Shown here: positions 47,365 through 59,991 of the stretch, in pieces | Layout of the letters: the number at the start of each line of letters is the position of its first letter | How positions within the stretch are numbered: position 1 is the first letter of the stretch | From: Anthoceros angustus | Taxonomy: Eukaryota; Plantae; Anthocerotophyta | DNA length: 64,000 nt | Assembly (NCBI GenBank): GCA_010909165.1 | Contig: MU008172.1 | Coordinates: forward strand, 806,001-870,000 | Reading direction: 5' to 3' | Notes under the pieces: generated by a model | Told to the model about the DNA's origin: nothing | Database searches by the model: none | What the model saw: the letters and a program-made list of their open reading frames with translations, nothing else | Position numbers and translations under genes: made by a program

Positions 47365-48617
47365 TTATATTTTTAGCGCGCCACTTTGCTGACACAGATG
47401 AGCGGTTGTGGGCTCCCACAAATGCAAAGCTTTATCGTAGAAAGAGCAGGTGGCAATCAAAACTTCTGCAAACTCCGTTCCAGAAGAGTTCTCACTGTCC
47501 TCTGGTCCAGCATCAACATGGTTTTGTCGGGGCTTCGTGTCTTCACTCGCCCCCCGCTCCGGCAGGCAACGTTTGGGGACAGAGTGTTTCACCTGGCCTC
47601 GAAACCAATCAGCCCCATAAGCCAAGGACTCATGTTTCTTATATTCCTCGACTACCTCAAACCGAGTTCCTGCATCATCAATAGTAAGGATGGCAAAGCC
47701 GTTGTGCATGCACGCAGCCAAGAGCAGGTTGTCTGTGGTCGGATGCCACTTGATCCTCCACACACCCCCACCCAGGCCGACATCACCCGTGACCAATGGC
47801 CTGTGCATCATCCTCAAATCCCAGGCCCTCAGCTTCTCATCGTAGCTCCCGGTGACCACCACGTTGTCTCTGTGAGGATTGCTCTGTATGCAGCAGACTC
47901 CCATAGTGTGAGTCCGTTTGTCCCTGAAAACGGGTGCGCCCCTGAAATCCCAGGCACAAAAGTGACAATCGTCACCGCCGCTGTACACGAGCTCAGGCTT
48001 CCAGGGCTCACAGGCACACATCCAAGCCTCATAAGCATGGGCCTGCCACGTACTTTCCACAACCCCTGGGCCTAGGTCTAGAAGCGACACACATCCGTCA
48101 GACTGGCTGGCCGCCACATGCGCCGAGCTACTGTGGTGATCCCAATCCACAGACAAGCACATGGCCGTGCCGACCTGCACTCTCTGAATCTGTTCCAAGC
48201 TCTCATCTGCGAGCATCACAGTTGCACCAGTCAGAGCTCCAGCAACAACAAGGAATCCTTGAACCCTGAACCCGAACCTGCAGCCAAGGACACACTACCT
48301 CGGTGCCCGAAAGAGTACGCAGTGATGGTGCCATCTGCGCTAGCCTGCGCCAGACAAGGCTGCTCGCCGCTTGCCCTCCAACGGAGATCAAATATGCCGG
48401 ACGTGACGTGATGCTCGGAGCGGCGGAGGCGCACTCCCCCCTCCCCCTGGCTTCGCTCCACGGAGAAGACGTGCAAGCCTCCCATGCGGACGGGATCAGG
48501 CTGCTCCTCCAGCGTGTAGGAGGCTGCCGCCAGTACATGCGACCAGGCCGCCTGTGGGCAGAATTCCACCGCGTCCGCATGTCCTTCCAGCTGCACGCTG
48601 CACAATGTTGCCGCCAT
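47365..48617 (-). CDS. DPH7: Diphthine methyltransferase homolog DPH7 (WD40), 2 exons (intron 48208-48298)
   Basis: ADAVEFCP, YTLEE, GIFDLRW, HAYEAW, SGGDD, TGSYDE, GGGVWRIKWHP, ACMHNGF, HESLAYGADW, TCSFYD. Confidence 0.92.
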
Positions 48618-48908
48618 CGCTGCCAGCCTTCACGCCTAGCTACATTTCATCAGTTCATACACATCAGACGGAAATATTTCAAGGCCCGCTTTGACACGAC
48701 GTTCCATTCCAGGATTCCAGTCTACAGTGGGTTTTAAGCCCATGATAAGGGAGGGTCTCGAATCGAGGATCATGAGCTATGTTTTTGGGTTCCAATGAAA
48801 ACATGTGGCCCCCATAAATCGAAGAGAATATGTTCGCCTATGTACACTGCGTAATATCCCCAATTTAGATCAAAAGCAGCGCAGCTTGAAAAGGTGGGTG
48901 CACTTTTC

Positions 48909-50298
48909 TCAATCCTTCTTGAGAGGCATTGTCTCCCTTCGAACCCCCTTAGCATTTACTATTATTATTTCGACCCCATCGCCCTGAGAAAGCACAAAAA
49001 AATACCATGAGTTCAATACAACAAGCCCGACATGCAGGATAGACCCTCCAGTCATACATGCCATCAAAGAAGATACGTACAGTGTAGATGTCTCGCTCTG
49101 CAGCGGAAGCGAAAGTATCCTTCACAAGATCTATAGCCTCCGACTCTGTGAGAGGAGTGGCAGACTCCTGTACACACAAGTACCAAGAAGTCAGTATGTG
49201 TAAAAACCAATTCCACAGAACGTAGAGCAAAGACAGAATTACGCAGATACAATTCCAGAAAAGCAATACACGGTGTACCTTGGCAGGTAGCAACAATGGG
49301 CTGGCTGATTTCAGTTGATTATCCAGGACAGGCATGATAAGTTGCATGCCACTTCCCTGTGAACTGTAACCAACTCGTTCATATGATCCGACAGCATCAT
49401 ACGAGTACACACACCCCTTACCTGCACAGCCAGGCAGTTGCAACTCAAGACGTGAAGAATTTTGCGTCAAACAGAGCAAAAAGGCAACATATGCGGCCTC
49501 TCCGTGCTTAAACATCAAAATCAGTAAGATAGGACATCATGGCGGTAATCTTTCACTGCTTCAGATGTCTATACACTAATTCAGCATACCTTCACTGTCT
49601 AAGCCGCCCAAAACGTTGAAGGCATAGTAAGGGAAAAAACGTTTGTAGTAGAGCGTGTTAGACAGCAGCTGTGCCATTGCAGGGCAGCTCATTTGCTTGT
49701 TATGCTGGTGCTGATAGATCTGCTCAGACTCCATAGCGTGTCATTTCTTGCAGCCAAGAACCCCCACGGAAGCGATCAAATCCACCAGAAAAAAACCCTT
49801 CATGAACAGTCACCTGGTGCCGAGCTTCCAAATTCTTTTGAAGAGCCTTGACATCTGCTTGAAACCCTGAAGATGCCAAAACACATTTCTCTGTGCTGCG
49901 CACAGTCCACACCAGAACGTACAGTGAGGTCAGAAAGCGCAAGACGAATAGCTGGCTAGGTCCAATTCGCAGAGTAGCCCAGACCACGTACATCTGGTAG
50001 ATTTTGGAGTAGTCACGCGTCAGGATGCTGAAGCCAGTGGACATCCGTGTGTCTGCGGCAATCACACAGTAATCTGCACCAGCTATTGCCACACATGTCC
50101 TGTCACAACAGCCAGTTACAAAAGCTGTATGTGAGTGGGTAATTTGCGGTGCGTGGTAAGCCTGTCCGCCCAGCCTGGTCTCTGATATTGTGCTCACCCG
50201 CCATTGTTGTCATAGGGGCTCCACGAGGCGTGCTCTCGAGCTCCATGTGACGTTTCCGTGTCGGCGAAGTTCACGCGCGGGGCCAACAACATCGCCAT
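48909..50298 (-). CDS. PBF1: 20S proteasome subunit beta type-1 (beta6), multi-exon
   Basis: [12 protein letters not shown]|[47 protein letters not shown], ending PLKKD*. Confidence 0.96.
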
Positions 50299-50618
50299 GG
50301 CTACAGCAGCGTAATACACTGGATCACTGGCTTCTCTCGGTTAGGGCATGGGCGTCTGTTGCCGAGTGGGTAAATGCAGGAGATAGCAGAAATTAGGAGC
50401 GATGAATTATATTATAAGACCCTAAACTGGCTAAACTGAGGGAGTGAAGCGAGAGATGATCCCAAATTCTGTATCTACACACTGTATGAATCAGTGGCCT
50501 TCCTTGCTTGGTTGGTATATATGTCAGGCAGGCTTGTGTTTCACGATGGTGCAGACCCATCATCATTGTCTCCTGCTGTCCTGCTTCCTTTGGTTTAGAG
50601 TTTGAGCAAGGCTGCATC

Positions 50619-52993
50619 ATGGATGAAGGACCATCATCGAGGTCTCAGGTTGGGACGGACTTAGACGCGAATCTTCTCCAAGTTGGTGCGAGACTGTGGT
50701 TTGCTGGATTCACGGATGCTCTGTCTCTTCGTCGGGCTGCGGCCTTCTGTTCCCGGTGAGTCACAGCTACTTTCTTGTTCCGTTTCTAGTTGATGTTAGC
50801 ACAATTGCAAGAAGAAGTAACATAATAAGAGGCGCTCCTTGAGGCCACGGCCTGGGGCCTGGGTTCTGTTAAAGCAAACAAAGGGTTTTTTTGTAATTGG
50901 AGGAGCGAGTTGGCACCGTTTGCAAAGGTTCGACATGCGCACGTGCAGTAATTGATGGGAGGCCAGGTCTGGACGTGGAAGCAAGAGCTGTTTTGCACCC
51001 TAGCAGAGACCTTCCTAATGGTCCCAGTTGGATGTTGCGGAGGGTGGCTGAAGTTGGATCTCGTGACTGATCATTACTTCTCTGTGTGCAGGTCGAGAGT
51101 TGTTTTTGTGAAAACATGCCAGTGTTTCCTTTTGAATGGCTGCATCTTCCTGGGCAGGTGTGATTGGAACTCTGCTGTTATCGCCTTGTTGTTGCAGGAG
51201 TTTGAGTGGTGTATCTAGCGGTAGTATGACTGAGTGTTCGTTGTCTCGTTTTGAACTTTGACTTGAATGTCTGCAGCATTTATATGCTTCAGAGTGTGGT
51301 TATCCCAACCCTAGATTGGCTGCTGAGGCTTTCACCACTAGGTGATGCCTCCCCAACAACATTTGGAGTATTTTTGGATGTTCTCCGCCGGGTCCTCATT
51401 GGCCTTTGCTATGTAAGTGTATTTTTTGCAGCCTGCTGTTGACTCTCCAATTTTCTTCTTATGTCAAGTTGCTGTCATCAGATAGATGACAATTGGTCTG
51501 TGGGTGGCTCAGGTGTTCTGGCTGTATCCTCTGTACATAATCAGCTTTGTGATCAATTGTATATGGTACGCTTGCATCATACAGCATTGAAGCATATTCA
51601 CTTGCTCAGTAGCTCTAGAGTCGTTGCAACCCAATGCTTTGGATTTGCTGATCTGATTGTGTCAGATAGTGGATTTCGGTAGGTATAACGAGATTGCTCG
51701 ACATGCTTTTGAGGTGATAGAGCAACGCGGAGCACGGAAACCATCTGATTCGTCACCGCAAGGGTCCTCAAAGTCCAGCAATGGCAAGCTGGCTCGAAAT
51801 CAGGGTGATCTTGGCAGCTTTGCACGGTTAGTGATCAACTTGATATTTTTGCGGTTTTAGATGCTGTGGATCTCTCTGCACTGAGAGAGTTCTCAACTTG
51901 CTCGTATTGTATCGAAGAATACCAGGGGTTGGGGAAGTTTGGGTCTATCTATTCACACTTATGAAATGTGCATGCAGGATAATGCTCGGAATAAGTGAGC
52001 AGATTTATTCCATTATAATGGTGAGCACTTTCTTCGTTGAGGTACCATCTCCCGCCTTCTTCTTGGTTTCTCCTGGACTTAAGCGTTGAGCTGTTGGGCA
52101 AGTGGTTCTGGTCGTTTTGAGATTGCCCATAAGGTGTTGTCTGTTGTCAGGTATTTGTGGTGAACTACATACCATATGTTGGAAGACCTCTTTACTTTGT
52201 GCTCCTTTCATGGTTGTACGCGTATTACTGCTTTGAGTAAGTTGTGAGCGCCTTATGACTTTTGAGTGAGGGGAATTCCTTCTCCTTTTTACAATCGTCA
52301 TAGTCAGCAGCAGGTTCTTCTGAAGCTTAGATTTGATCTTATTCTGGCGTGATTGGCAGTTACAAATGGGGTTTTGCGAGATGGAGTCTTGAGAAGCGAC
52401 TAGCCTTCTTCGAAACCAATTGGGCTTTTTTTGCGGGGTTCGGTGAGCAGCTACTACTTGCTGTGGCCTACCGATTCGTGTTGCACATCAGCATGTAGAC
52501 TGACAAGTTTATGCTTTCTTGTTTCAGGTAGTCCTTGTGTACTGGCCACGTTCTTCTTCTCGCCATTTGTGGGAGCAGGAGTGATGGCAGTCCTTTTCCC
52601 TCTAGTGAGTTTGACATGCCAAGCATAAGTCTTCGCGCTGTTATGTCGTTTGATTGGAATGGCTTTGTTGTTTTTTATGTGGGATGTTGGCTAATTCTGT
52701 TCTTGTGGTCGCAGTTTGTTCTAATAGCAACCGCATCCAGCCCAGAAGATTTGGTGCGCCTTGTTCCAGGGAATCAGCTCTTGCCCAGACTCCCCATCTT
52801 CTTCCTAGCGAACAATGTCACGTGAGTATGAACTGTCAGGTGTGCCGTTTCTACATGTCTGTATGCACATGAGGAAGGCATGACAGTTGTTGCTGTTATC
52901 TGCAGGCTTCCTATCCTGCGATTTTTTCAGCCCGCATCAGGTACTTCACAGCGCCAGTCGCAGGAGAGCCAGAAGCGAAGTCACGCGCCGTGA
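50619..52993 (+). CDS. EI24: EI24 (etoposide-induced protein 2.4) homolog, multi-exon membrane protein
   Basis: KTCQCFLLNGCIFLG, FWLYPLYIISF, WYNEIARHAF, YDF.YKW, FFAGFGSPC, LFPLFVLIA, RLPIFF across short GT-AG exons. Confidence 0.85.
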
Positions 52994-53876
52994 TCACACT
53001 AGTGATGTTCCGACTTCCGGCAAGCGTCGGGTATGATGTCATTCCGTGGGAGTGCACACCTACTTTGTAAAGTCTGTACATATGTAACATACAGAGGGGT
53101 TCTACGCACTTCAAGGTCTCAAGTGGGGAACAAATATGCAGAGATGGTAAGCCTCATCCACACTGTGGTGGTAGGGAACAACCCAATAAAGGCCCCAGGC
53201 CAAGGGGACCTAACCCCGCGATTGTCTACCCTGAAGCTGCCCACCGCCTATCTCTCAAGTCTCAAGCTGCAACCAGGTGGGACGTCACACGAACTCTAAA
53301 CCTGATTGATTCATCTCAAAGTTCTTGAACCCAAAAGTTAAAGAAAGCGCACCAAATCGTACAGCATGCACCAGTCTAGGTTGGATCAATTGGAAACAAA
53401 CTCCATGGGATCCGTCTAAGATCCGTATCTAAAATCATGTACGCCAGTATGACGTCAAGAGCAGCACCTATGATCCCATAGCCGGGGCGACGGAAGACTT
53501 ACACATCGTTACGATCGTGGAGGATGTATTGTGCTGTCGTTTTAAACTAGCTCGTGCCAAAGGCCTTTGGAGACTAGCGACGTAATCTAAGAAGTTGGTT
53601 GCCATTGTTACTGATACGTTGATGCGATTAGTTGTAACGGGACACGAAGTCACAAACCTTGTCTCGTGTCCGGTGTCCGGTGTCCGGTGTCCCGTGCGTT
53701 GGGTCCCAAGCTACGCTATGTGGCCCGTGCACCCAGTGATGGAAGGCGTTGATTTTATGAGCTTGGGACGCGCCGCAGGTATGGAGCTTGTTGAATTGCA
53801 GTTGCTCGGTTAGAGACTACGTGCCTTCTCCAAGTCGATTAAATCGGCTCACCTTGGAGACATTGAATGAGGTAGT

Positions 53877-56212
53877 ATGGGGCTCGCTGCGCCTGAGCCA
53901 TCCTCCTCAGTTCCGATTGCTAGACGAAGGCTCTGCCTCATTTCACGCCCCCTGACTACTCTGCTGGGATGGATTCTTCTGCTCCACGCACATCTTGGAA
54001 TGGTGCAGGGAGTGCCGAGCACCCTTGATGGGCCTTTCCCTCCTGTCACTGTTCCGTTTGACAGCTCCCTCCGTCAGGGGAGCGATGATCTGCCGATTTA
54101 TGATCCCAGGGTGGTGAAGAAGGTGCCGTCAATTTTCCCTGAGCAGATTGCGCTGGCCCTCTCTACCACACCGGATGCTATGTGGGTGTCATGGATTACA
54201 GGTGTGCACGGAGATAATTTCATCCTGTACGCACGCTGTGAGTTCTCTTTAGGCTGAGTTGGCTGCTCATTTGCAGGTGACGCGCAAATCGGACCCCGAG
54301 TGACCCCATTAGACCCGTCCACCGTGGCGAGCGAGGTACGGTATGGTACAGACAGCAATAATCTGTCTTTCAGCGCTCAAGGTAGCAGTGAAGTGTATAG
54401 TCAGATATATCCTAACAGAGGGCTTCTCAACTACACCTCTGGGATTATCCACCATGTCAAACTAACTGGTAAGCTACACAGGGCGTGCCTGGGGTTCTCC
54501 GTCCTTTACTCCTTTCTGTAGGTTGGCACTTGTGGATTGAAGAAATGACTGCTGGGCTTCGCAGGTCTTCTTCCATCCACCAAGTACTATTATGTTTGTG
54601 GTGACAGCACCCTGGGAGCTATGAGTTCTGTTTTGTCTTTCACAACAATGCCAAGTCCTGGTGGGCAGGAGTACCCAGCTCGCATTGGCGTGATAGGAGA
54701 CTTGGGCCTCACCTATAACTCCTCTAGCACAGTAGATCACCTCCAACGCAACAATCCAACTCTACTTTTACTGGTTGGGGACTTGTCTTACGCCAACCAG
54801 TATGAAACTTTGGGAACCACGGCAGCTTCTTGCTACAGTTGCTCCTTTCCGAATGCACCAACTCGAGAGACGTATCAACCCCACTGGGATGCTTGGGGAA
54901 GGTACGTCTTCTACTCTTTGAACCCAACTCCATGGGCTTGTGTCTGTGCAGCTGTGCAAGCAGAGGTAGGGATGATGAGCAAGGAACCTGCAGTGGAGGG
55001 GGCAGCTAAGGCTCGAAGATGTTACCACACCTGATTCTTGCAGGTTCATGGAGCCCATCACCTCTGCCATCCCAATGATGGTTATAGAGGGGAATCATGA
55101 AGATGAACCCCAAGCAGATAATTCCACATTCGTGGCTTACGAGGCACGCTTTGCAGTGCCCTCTGTGGAAAGTGGATCGAACAGTTCTCTCTATTATTCA
55201 TTCAATGCAGGTGGCATTCACTTTGTTATGATTGGAGCTTATGCAGACTACTCTCGCAATGGTGGGTAAATGACAGTCTATCTATACGTGGTGATGGAAT
55301 GTGGTTCACCTTCACTGAAATGTCTGACAAGAAAACACGCCACAAAACTGATGCCCATCCAGGCTCTAAGTATGCCCCTTTGTTCAAACAGGAGCTCAAT
55401 ATCTGTGGTTGGAGCAGGACCTGGCGGGCTTCAGCAGAAGTGAAACTCCATGGTTAGTGGCAGTGTGGCATCCGCCCTGGTACAACAGCTACAGTTCCCA
55501 TTACCGGGAAGTGGAGTGTATGCGACTGCAAATGGAAGACCTGCTTTACCATTATCGTGTTGACATCGTCTTTTCAGGACATGTAAGTGCGCAGCAGTTG
55601 GAATGTTGCCGCAGTTGGAATTTTTCAGCCGTTGGTATTTTGCAGTATTGAGGCAGTCATCTCTCTCGGTTGTGTGAACAAACAGGTACATGCTTATGAG
55701 AGGACGAACAGAGTGTATGATTACACACTCGATCCTTGTGGCCCTGTCTATATTACTGTTGGGGATGGAGGAAACATAGAGAGGGTTTCGATACAACATG
55801 CTGATGACGTTGGAGGCTGTCCTAGGCGCAAAAATACCGTTCCTGACCATGGACCGATTTGTTCTACCAACTTCACTAGTGGACCTGCTAAGGGGCAGTT
55901 CTGCTGGAACCGTCAGCCTGAGTGGAGTGCATTTCGAGACAGTAGCTTCGGCCATGGGATATTGGAGGTGAACTCTCCCTTCATCCACTTTAGCTTTCGT
56001 CAGCGCATATAAGTTACTCATCGTGCTCCCACCTGGTGCAGGTTATCAACACCACGCATGCACTGTGGACATGGCACCGCAATCAGGATGCCTACGGGGA
56101 AGCAGCGTCTGGGGATCAAATTTTCATTGTTCGCGGCCCTGATGTCTGTTCTGACAGTCCTGTGATTAGAAGGCGGTTTGGAGAAGATCATCAGGCTCAG
56201 ACTCATCCTTAA
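53877..56212 (+). CDS. Purple acid phosphatase, PAP15/PAP23 (phytase-like) clade, multi-exon
   Basis: Signal peptide, VPSTLDGPFPPVTV, FPEQIALAL, metal-ligand motifs GDLG, GDLSY, GNHE, VWHPPWY and GHVH. Also RETYQPHWDAWGR and WHRNQD. Confidence 0.94.
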
Positions 56213-56322
56213 CTCTCGAATGGACAGTTCAGACTCTAGACCCAATTTGCCCGTGAGAAAACATCTGACTGAGATGCAATCAATTTATCGATGCATAGGT
56301 TTATGTCCTGAAAAATTACAAG

Positions 56323-58257
56323 TCACTTCCGTGAGTTCCTTTTCCGTGCCTTAGCGAAGTCGACTTCTGCTACATCTGCCACATCTGCGACCTTCCCTTT
56401 TGCCGCAGAGCGTGTCTCTTGTTCCCTTTTGTTTGTATTTCCATGCACCACCGGTGTCTGCTTCTTCTCTTGCCTGGCCCTCCTTTTGGCCCTAGCTCCC
56501 TTATGTTTGTTAGTCTGTGCCTCAGAACTCTTAGATGGCAGTTCGGCAGCCTCCTCTCCCGATGAGATGTCCAACCTTTCTAAATTCAAAGCAATGTCCA
56601 CGTCACTGGCCACATCGTCCTTGGAACTATCATCTTCCTCCTCGACAAAGGAGACAGTTCTCCTAGATCTCAAAGAGTTAAGCAAGGCTGACATCATCCC
56701 ATCCTCCTCATTCTCTGTGGGGTCGACAGTGCTTCTGGCAGCCTTGCCACTGCCATTTACATAATCCTCCTTCGCAGCTCCACTTGCGATTCCATGGCTA
56801 CTGCTAGGAACCGTCTCCCCTTCCTCATCGTCACTAGTCGAGTCCCTTACGGTAGACGGCTGTGAACGGCTTCTCCTGAGCATCTCTCCAAGTAGGCTTG
56901 CTTCATCCTCCTCTTGCAATTCATCCTCCTCTTGCAATTCATCTTCCTCTTGCAATGCGTCATCCTCTCGTAAGCCCCCATCCTCTTGCAATGCGTCATC
57001 CTCTCGTAAGCCCCTATCCTCTTGCAACGCGTCATCCTCCCGCAATCCATCATCGTGGGCGTATGTCACCGGTTGAACCTCAGAACCATCGTCCTGGGAC
57101 AGGGCACCCTTGTCCAGTTCCTCTGCCAGGAGTTCCTCCACCTGCTCATCTTCATGCTCAAGAGTGTCCTTGAGTGCCTCTACCCTGGCTATGTGCTTCT
57201 TCGACTTCTCATGATTTGTCCATTGCTTGTCAGACCTAAATCTCTTGTTGCAAACAATGCAAAAGAGCTCTTGCAACTCTTGTTGGCTTGCCGCCTGCAC
57301 CTCCTTCTTCCTCCTGCCCGAGCTATCCCACGCATAACTGCCTTGATTCTCATCAATAACCTCCTCGTCATCAGCACCCGTTCCTGTCCCATCCTGCACA
57401 GGCTTTGTCCACTCCTCCTCCTCGTACAAGAGGAGCTTGGCACGCTTCTCCTCCTCCAGCCGCTGTTTCCTGAGCTTCAGCATCTCCTGCCTCTCCCTCT
57501 CCAGCCGCTGCTGCTCCAGCTGCCAATCCAACACCCGCTTGTCCCGTTTCTTCACATACGAGGCGAGCTGGCGCACGTTATCATTGAATTCCCTGCGTGC
57601 CAGCTTCCGAATCTTGAGATTCTCCTCCTCCATAAGCCGCCGGGTCTTTCGGTTCGGAGCCGACGACGGCCTGTACTCATCACACCACGCAAAATCCTTA
57701 ACGGTGCTAAATCCGTGCCAGCGCTTGTAAAATGCCCGCACCATGGCATGCGGGGTGGCCGAGCACCCGAACCGGGGAGGATCCTGAGGCATCGTCCCGC
57801 CATACGCCTTCGCGAATGCAACCTCCTGCTGGTGCAGCTTCTGAAACAGCTGGTCATACACAGCATAGAAACCCTTGCCGGAATCCCCGAAGCCGGAGTA
57901 GGCAGAAGGAGAGAAGTAGGAGTACAGATCGGTGTCATAGTCATATCCTGCGGACGAAGACGAGGAGGACGCAGCAGAGCGCTTGCTAGAGGAGGACAGG
58001 ATTGCCCCCCTGTGAGAGTCATACCAGGTACGCTCCTGAGGGTCGGACAAGACCTCGTAGGCGTGCGAGATGGCTTGAAATCGGATGGTGGCCTCCTTGC
58101 ATTCCTCCGGAGATGCCCCACTCTGCTGGATCTTGTCCGGGTGCCATTTGAGAGCCTGCTTTCTGTACAGAAGTCGAATCTCCTCGGCACTAGCAGTGCG
58201 CTCAGCCCCCAGCGTCTCGTACAGGCACACAGCGGGCAGCTCCGGGTGATCGGCCAT
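56323..58257 (-). CDS. JJJ1: DnaJ protein JJJ1/DNAJC21 homolog, single exon
   Basis: J-domain with WHPDK, zuotin-homology region (FYKRWHGFSTVKDFAW, RRLMEEEN, KKRDKR), C2H2 finger CIVCNKRF...HEKSKKH. Confidence 0.93.
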   Translation of the reverse strand: MADHPELPAVCLYETLGAERTASAEEIRLLYRKQALKWHPDKIQQSGASPEECKEATIRFQAISHAYEVLSDPQERTWYDSHRGAILSSSSKRSAASSSSSSAGYDYDTDLYSYFSPSAYSGFGDSGKGFYAVYDQLFQKLHQQEVAFAKAYGGTMPQDPPRFGCSATPHAMVRAFYKRWHGFSTVKDFAWCDEYRPSSAPNRKTRRLMEEENLKIRKLARREFNDNVRQLASYVKKRDKRVLDWQLEQQRLERERQEMLKLRKQRLEEEKRAKLLLYEEEEWTKPVQDGTGTGADDEEVIDENQGSYAWDSSGRRKKEVQAASQQELQELFCIVCNKRFRSDKQWTNHEKSKKHIARVEALKDTLEHEDEQVEELLAEELDKGALSQDDGSEVQPVTYAHDDGLREDDALQEDRGLREDDALQEDGGLREDDALQEEDELQEEDELQEEDEASLLGEMLRRSRSQPSTVRDSTSDDEEGETVPSSSHGIASGAAKEDYVNGSGKAARSTVDPTENEEDGMMSALLNSLRSRRTVSFVEEEDDSSKDDVASDVDIALNLERLDISSGEEAAELPSKSSEAQTNKHKGARAKRRARQEKKQTPVVHGNTNKREQETRSAAKGKVADVADVAEVDFAKARKRNSRK

Positions 58258-58766
58258 GGACGTTCCGGAGCAGCACGGTCGCCTCCGCGAAGCGCCTTGC
58301 CCACAGGATGGGATCGGTCGCACTCCGATGCCCGCAGCAGCTACAACTATCCGTCTACCAACATGTTGTGTACACATATACAGGAGATGCAATTGCTTGA
58401 GTGAAAAGCTTCCGTTCCCCTTCTCGATCCCTTTGGATTAGGGTTGGGAATCGGATTCCAAAGGCTAGGTTAGATTAGCGCGTTAAGACCTAAGTAGCAC
58501 AGTACAGTCAGGGGCCGAACCGCCTTGAGAGGTTCTCTCAGACGCCCCAGCTGGGAGGCGCCAAGTCCAAGCCTCCGAATCCCGACAACCCGCCGATTAC
58601 ACTGGCCCATGAAACGCGGCCCCTGCACAATTGGAAACGCAGCACAAGAAGCAAGCATTTGAATACATGAGGTTGCATCCACATGTATTCTGTGCCTAAG
58701 CATATATGTATGTATTGGAGGCTTCCAAATTCACAGCTATGTCCGCAAGCTCTGCGCAGAGTGTGC

Positions 58767-59991
58767 CTACCTGGAGGCGGATTTGGATGAGACTGTGCGG
58801 CAGGAGGTGAAGGAGGAATCCTGGAACAAAGCATCCCTGCATGCAGTCGCCTTCGTACCGATGTAGAGCGGGGAGTCCGCGGGGGAAGCTGGCGGAGGCT
58901 GGTTTTCTCTTGCTCTTTCTCTCGAGATGCAGGAGTCGAAGGAGAAGGCGGTGTGCACCAGAGGCCTGTTGCAAGCTGATGCCTCGCAGATTTTGATGAG
59001 CTCCGGCTTCCACCTGCTTCGCATGCATTGCGACGGACAGTAGCGACCGTTGTCGATGCCGCGAGCGGCCTTCTTCCAACTCAAATCCGGCTGCGGCGAG
59101 GCCGCCTCGGCGCCGGACAGCAGCTCTGAGAGGATTGCCACCTGCAACGCCAGATCCGCTGCATCCGGATTTGCCTGCTCCCTGCGTTCGAAGGAAGAGG
59201 ACCGGAGGCTGTCAAGAGCATAGGAGCCGCTTCTTCTCCTCGACACGGAGCCGGAGCTGGAGCCGGATCCTGATACTGAAGCTGATCTCGAGGGGGACAG
59301 ACCTGGAATACACGACAGAGGCGGCTGTTGTGAGATGGATTGTGATGAGTCCTGGAACACGGTGGGGAGGGGGACACAGACCTTGCAAGAGAGAGGTAGC
59401 CAGGTGAGGCCGAGGAGGCAGCAAGTGTTGCGCCGCCCCCGCCGCGCAGCAGCAAGGACGGTCAGAGTCGGAGCCTGGAGCAGAAGTAGGACTGGTGGAC
59501 AATCCCAGGGGCTTTTGCAGCAGCGTCGGCAGCGGGGAGAGGAAGTAGACGCAGCCGGTGTAGAGCAGAGCGTCTGGAGGCAGCATGGGGCCTTTGTGCA
59601 GGCTGGTGGAAGACCGGGCGAGCTCGGCCGAGGAGGCACCGTCCGAGGTCCCAGACGATTCCGCCTCGGAAGAGCAGGAGGAGAGCGTTCCGGACATGCT
59701 TGCAGCTCCCTGAGACTGCGGCTCGCAGACGTAGTGGTGCGGGACGCTGAGCTCCTGCAGCAGCTCGGCCACTGTGAGCTGCTCCCAGAAGTAGAGCACC
59801 TGCAGCGTGTCCATCCTCACCACTCGCACGCATTCCTGCCGCTGCTGCTGCTCCCGCCCCCGCGGCTGCGAGCACAAGAGGTCGGCGCCGCACCTGTCCC
59901 CGAAGCGAAAGCTCCGACTGAGGCTCCGCGAGCTCAGCAGCTTCCGCACCTTCCCTTGCAAGCCCGACGCGGCGGGGAAACAGCTGCTCAT
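58767..59991 (-). CDS. PADRE/DUF4228-family protein, 2 exons (intron 59303-59381)
   Basis: VRVVRMD...LTVAELL...HYVC and LPPDALLYTGCVYFLSPLP. Family-type C-terminal SRWKPELIKICE is reached after removing a 79-nt GT-AG intron. Confidence 0.75.

Noticed and set aside
39103-58257. Possible translation-related cluster (RSM22, RPL24, DPH7, JJJ1) or Pi/metal cluster (LPP, NRAMP, PAP)
   Set aside because: Large functional classes, interleaved with unrelated genes, no shared motif seen. Chance co-location is sufficient.
57022-58404. 460-aa plus-strand ORF opposite JJJ1
   Set aside because: Antisense mirror of Glu/Lys-rich codons giving Leu/Phe-rich nonsense.
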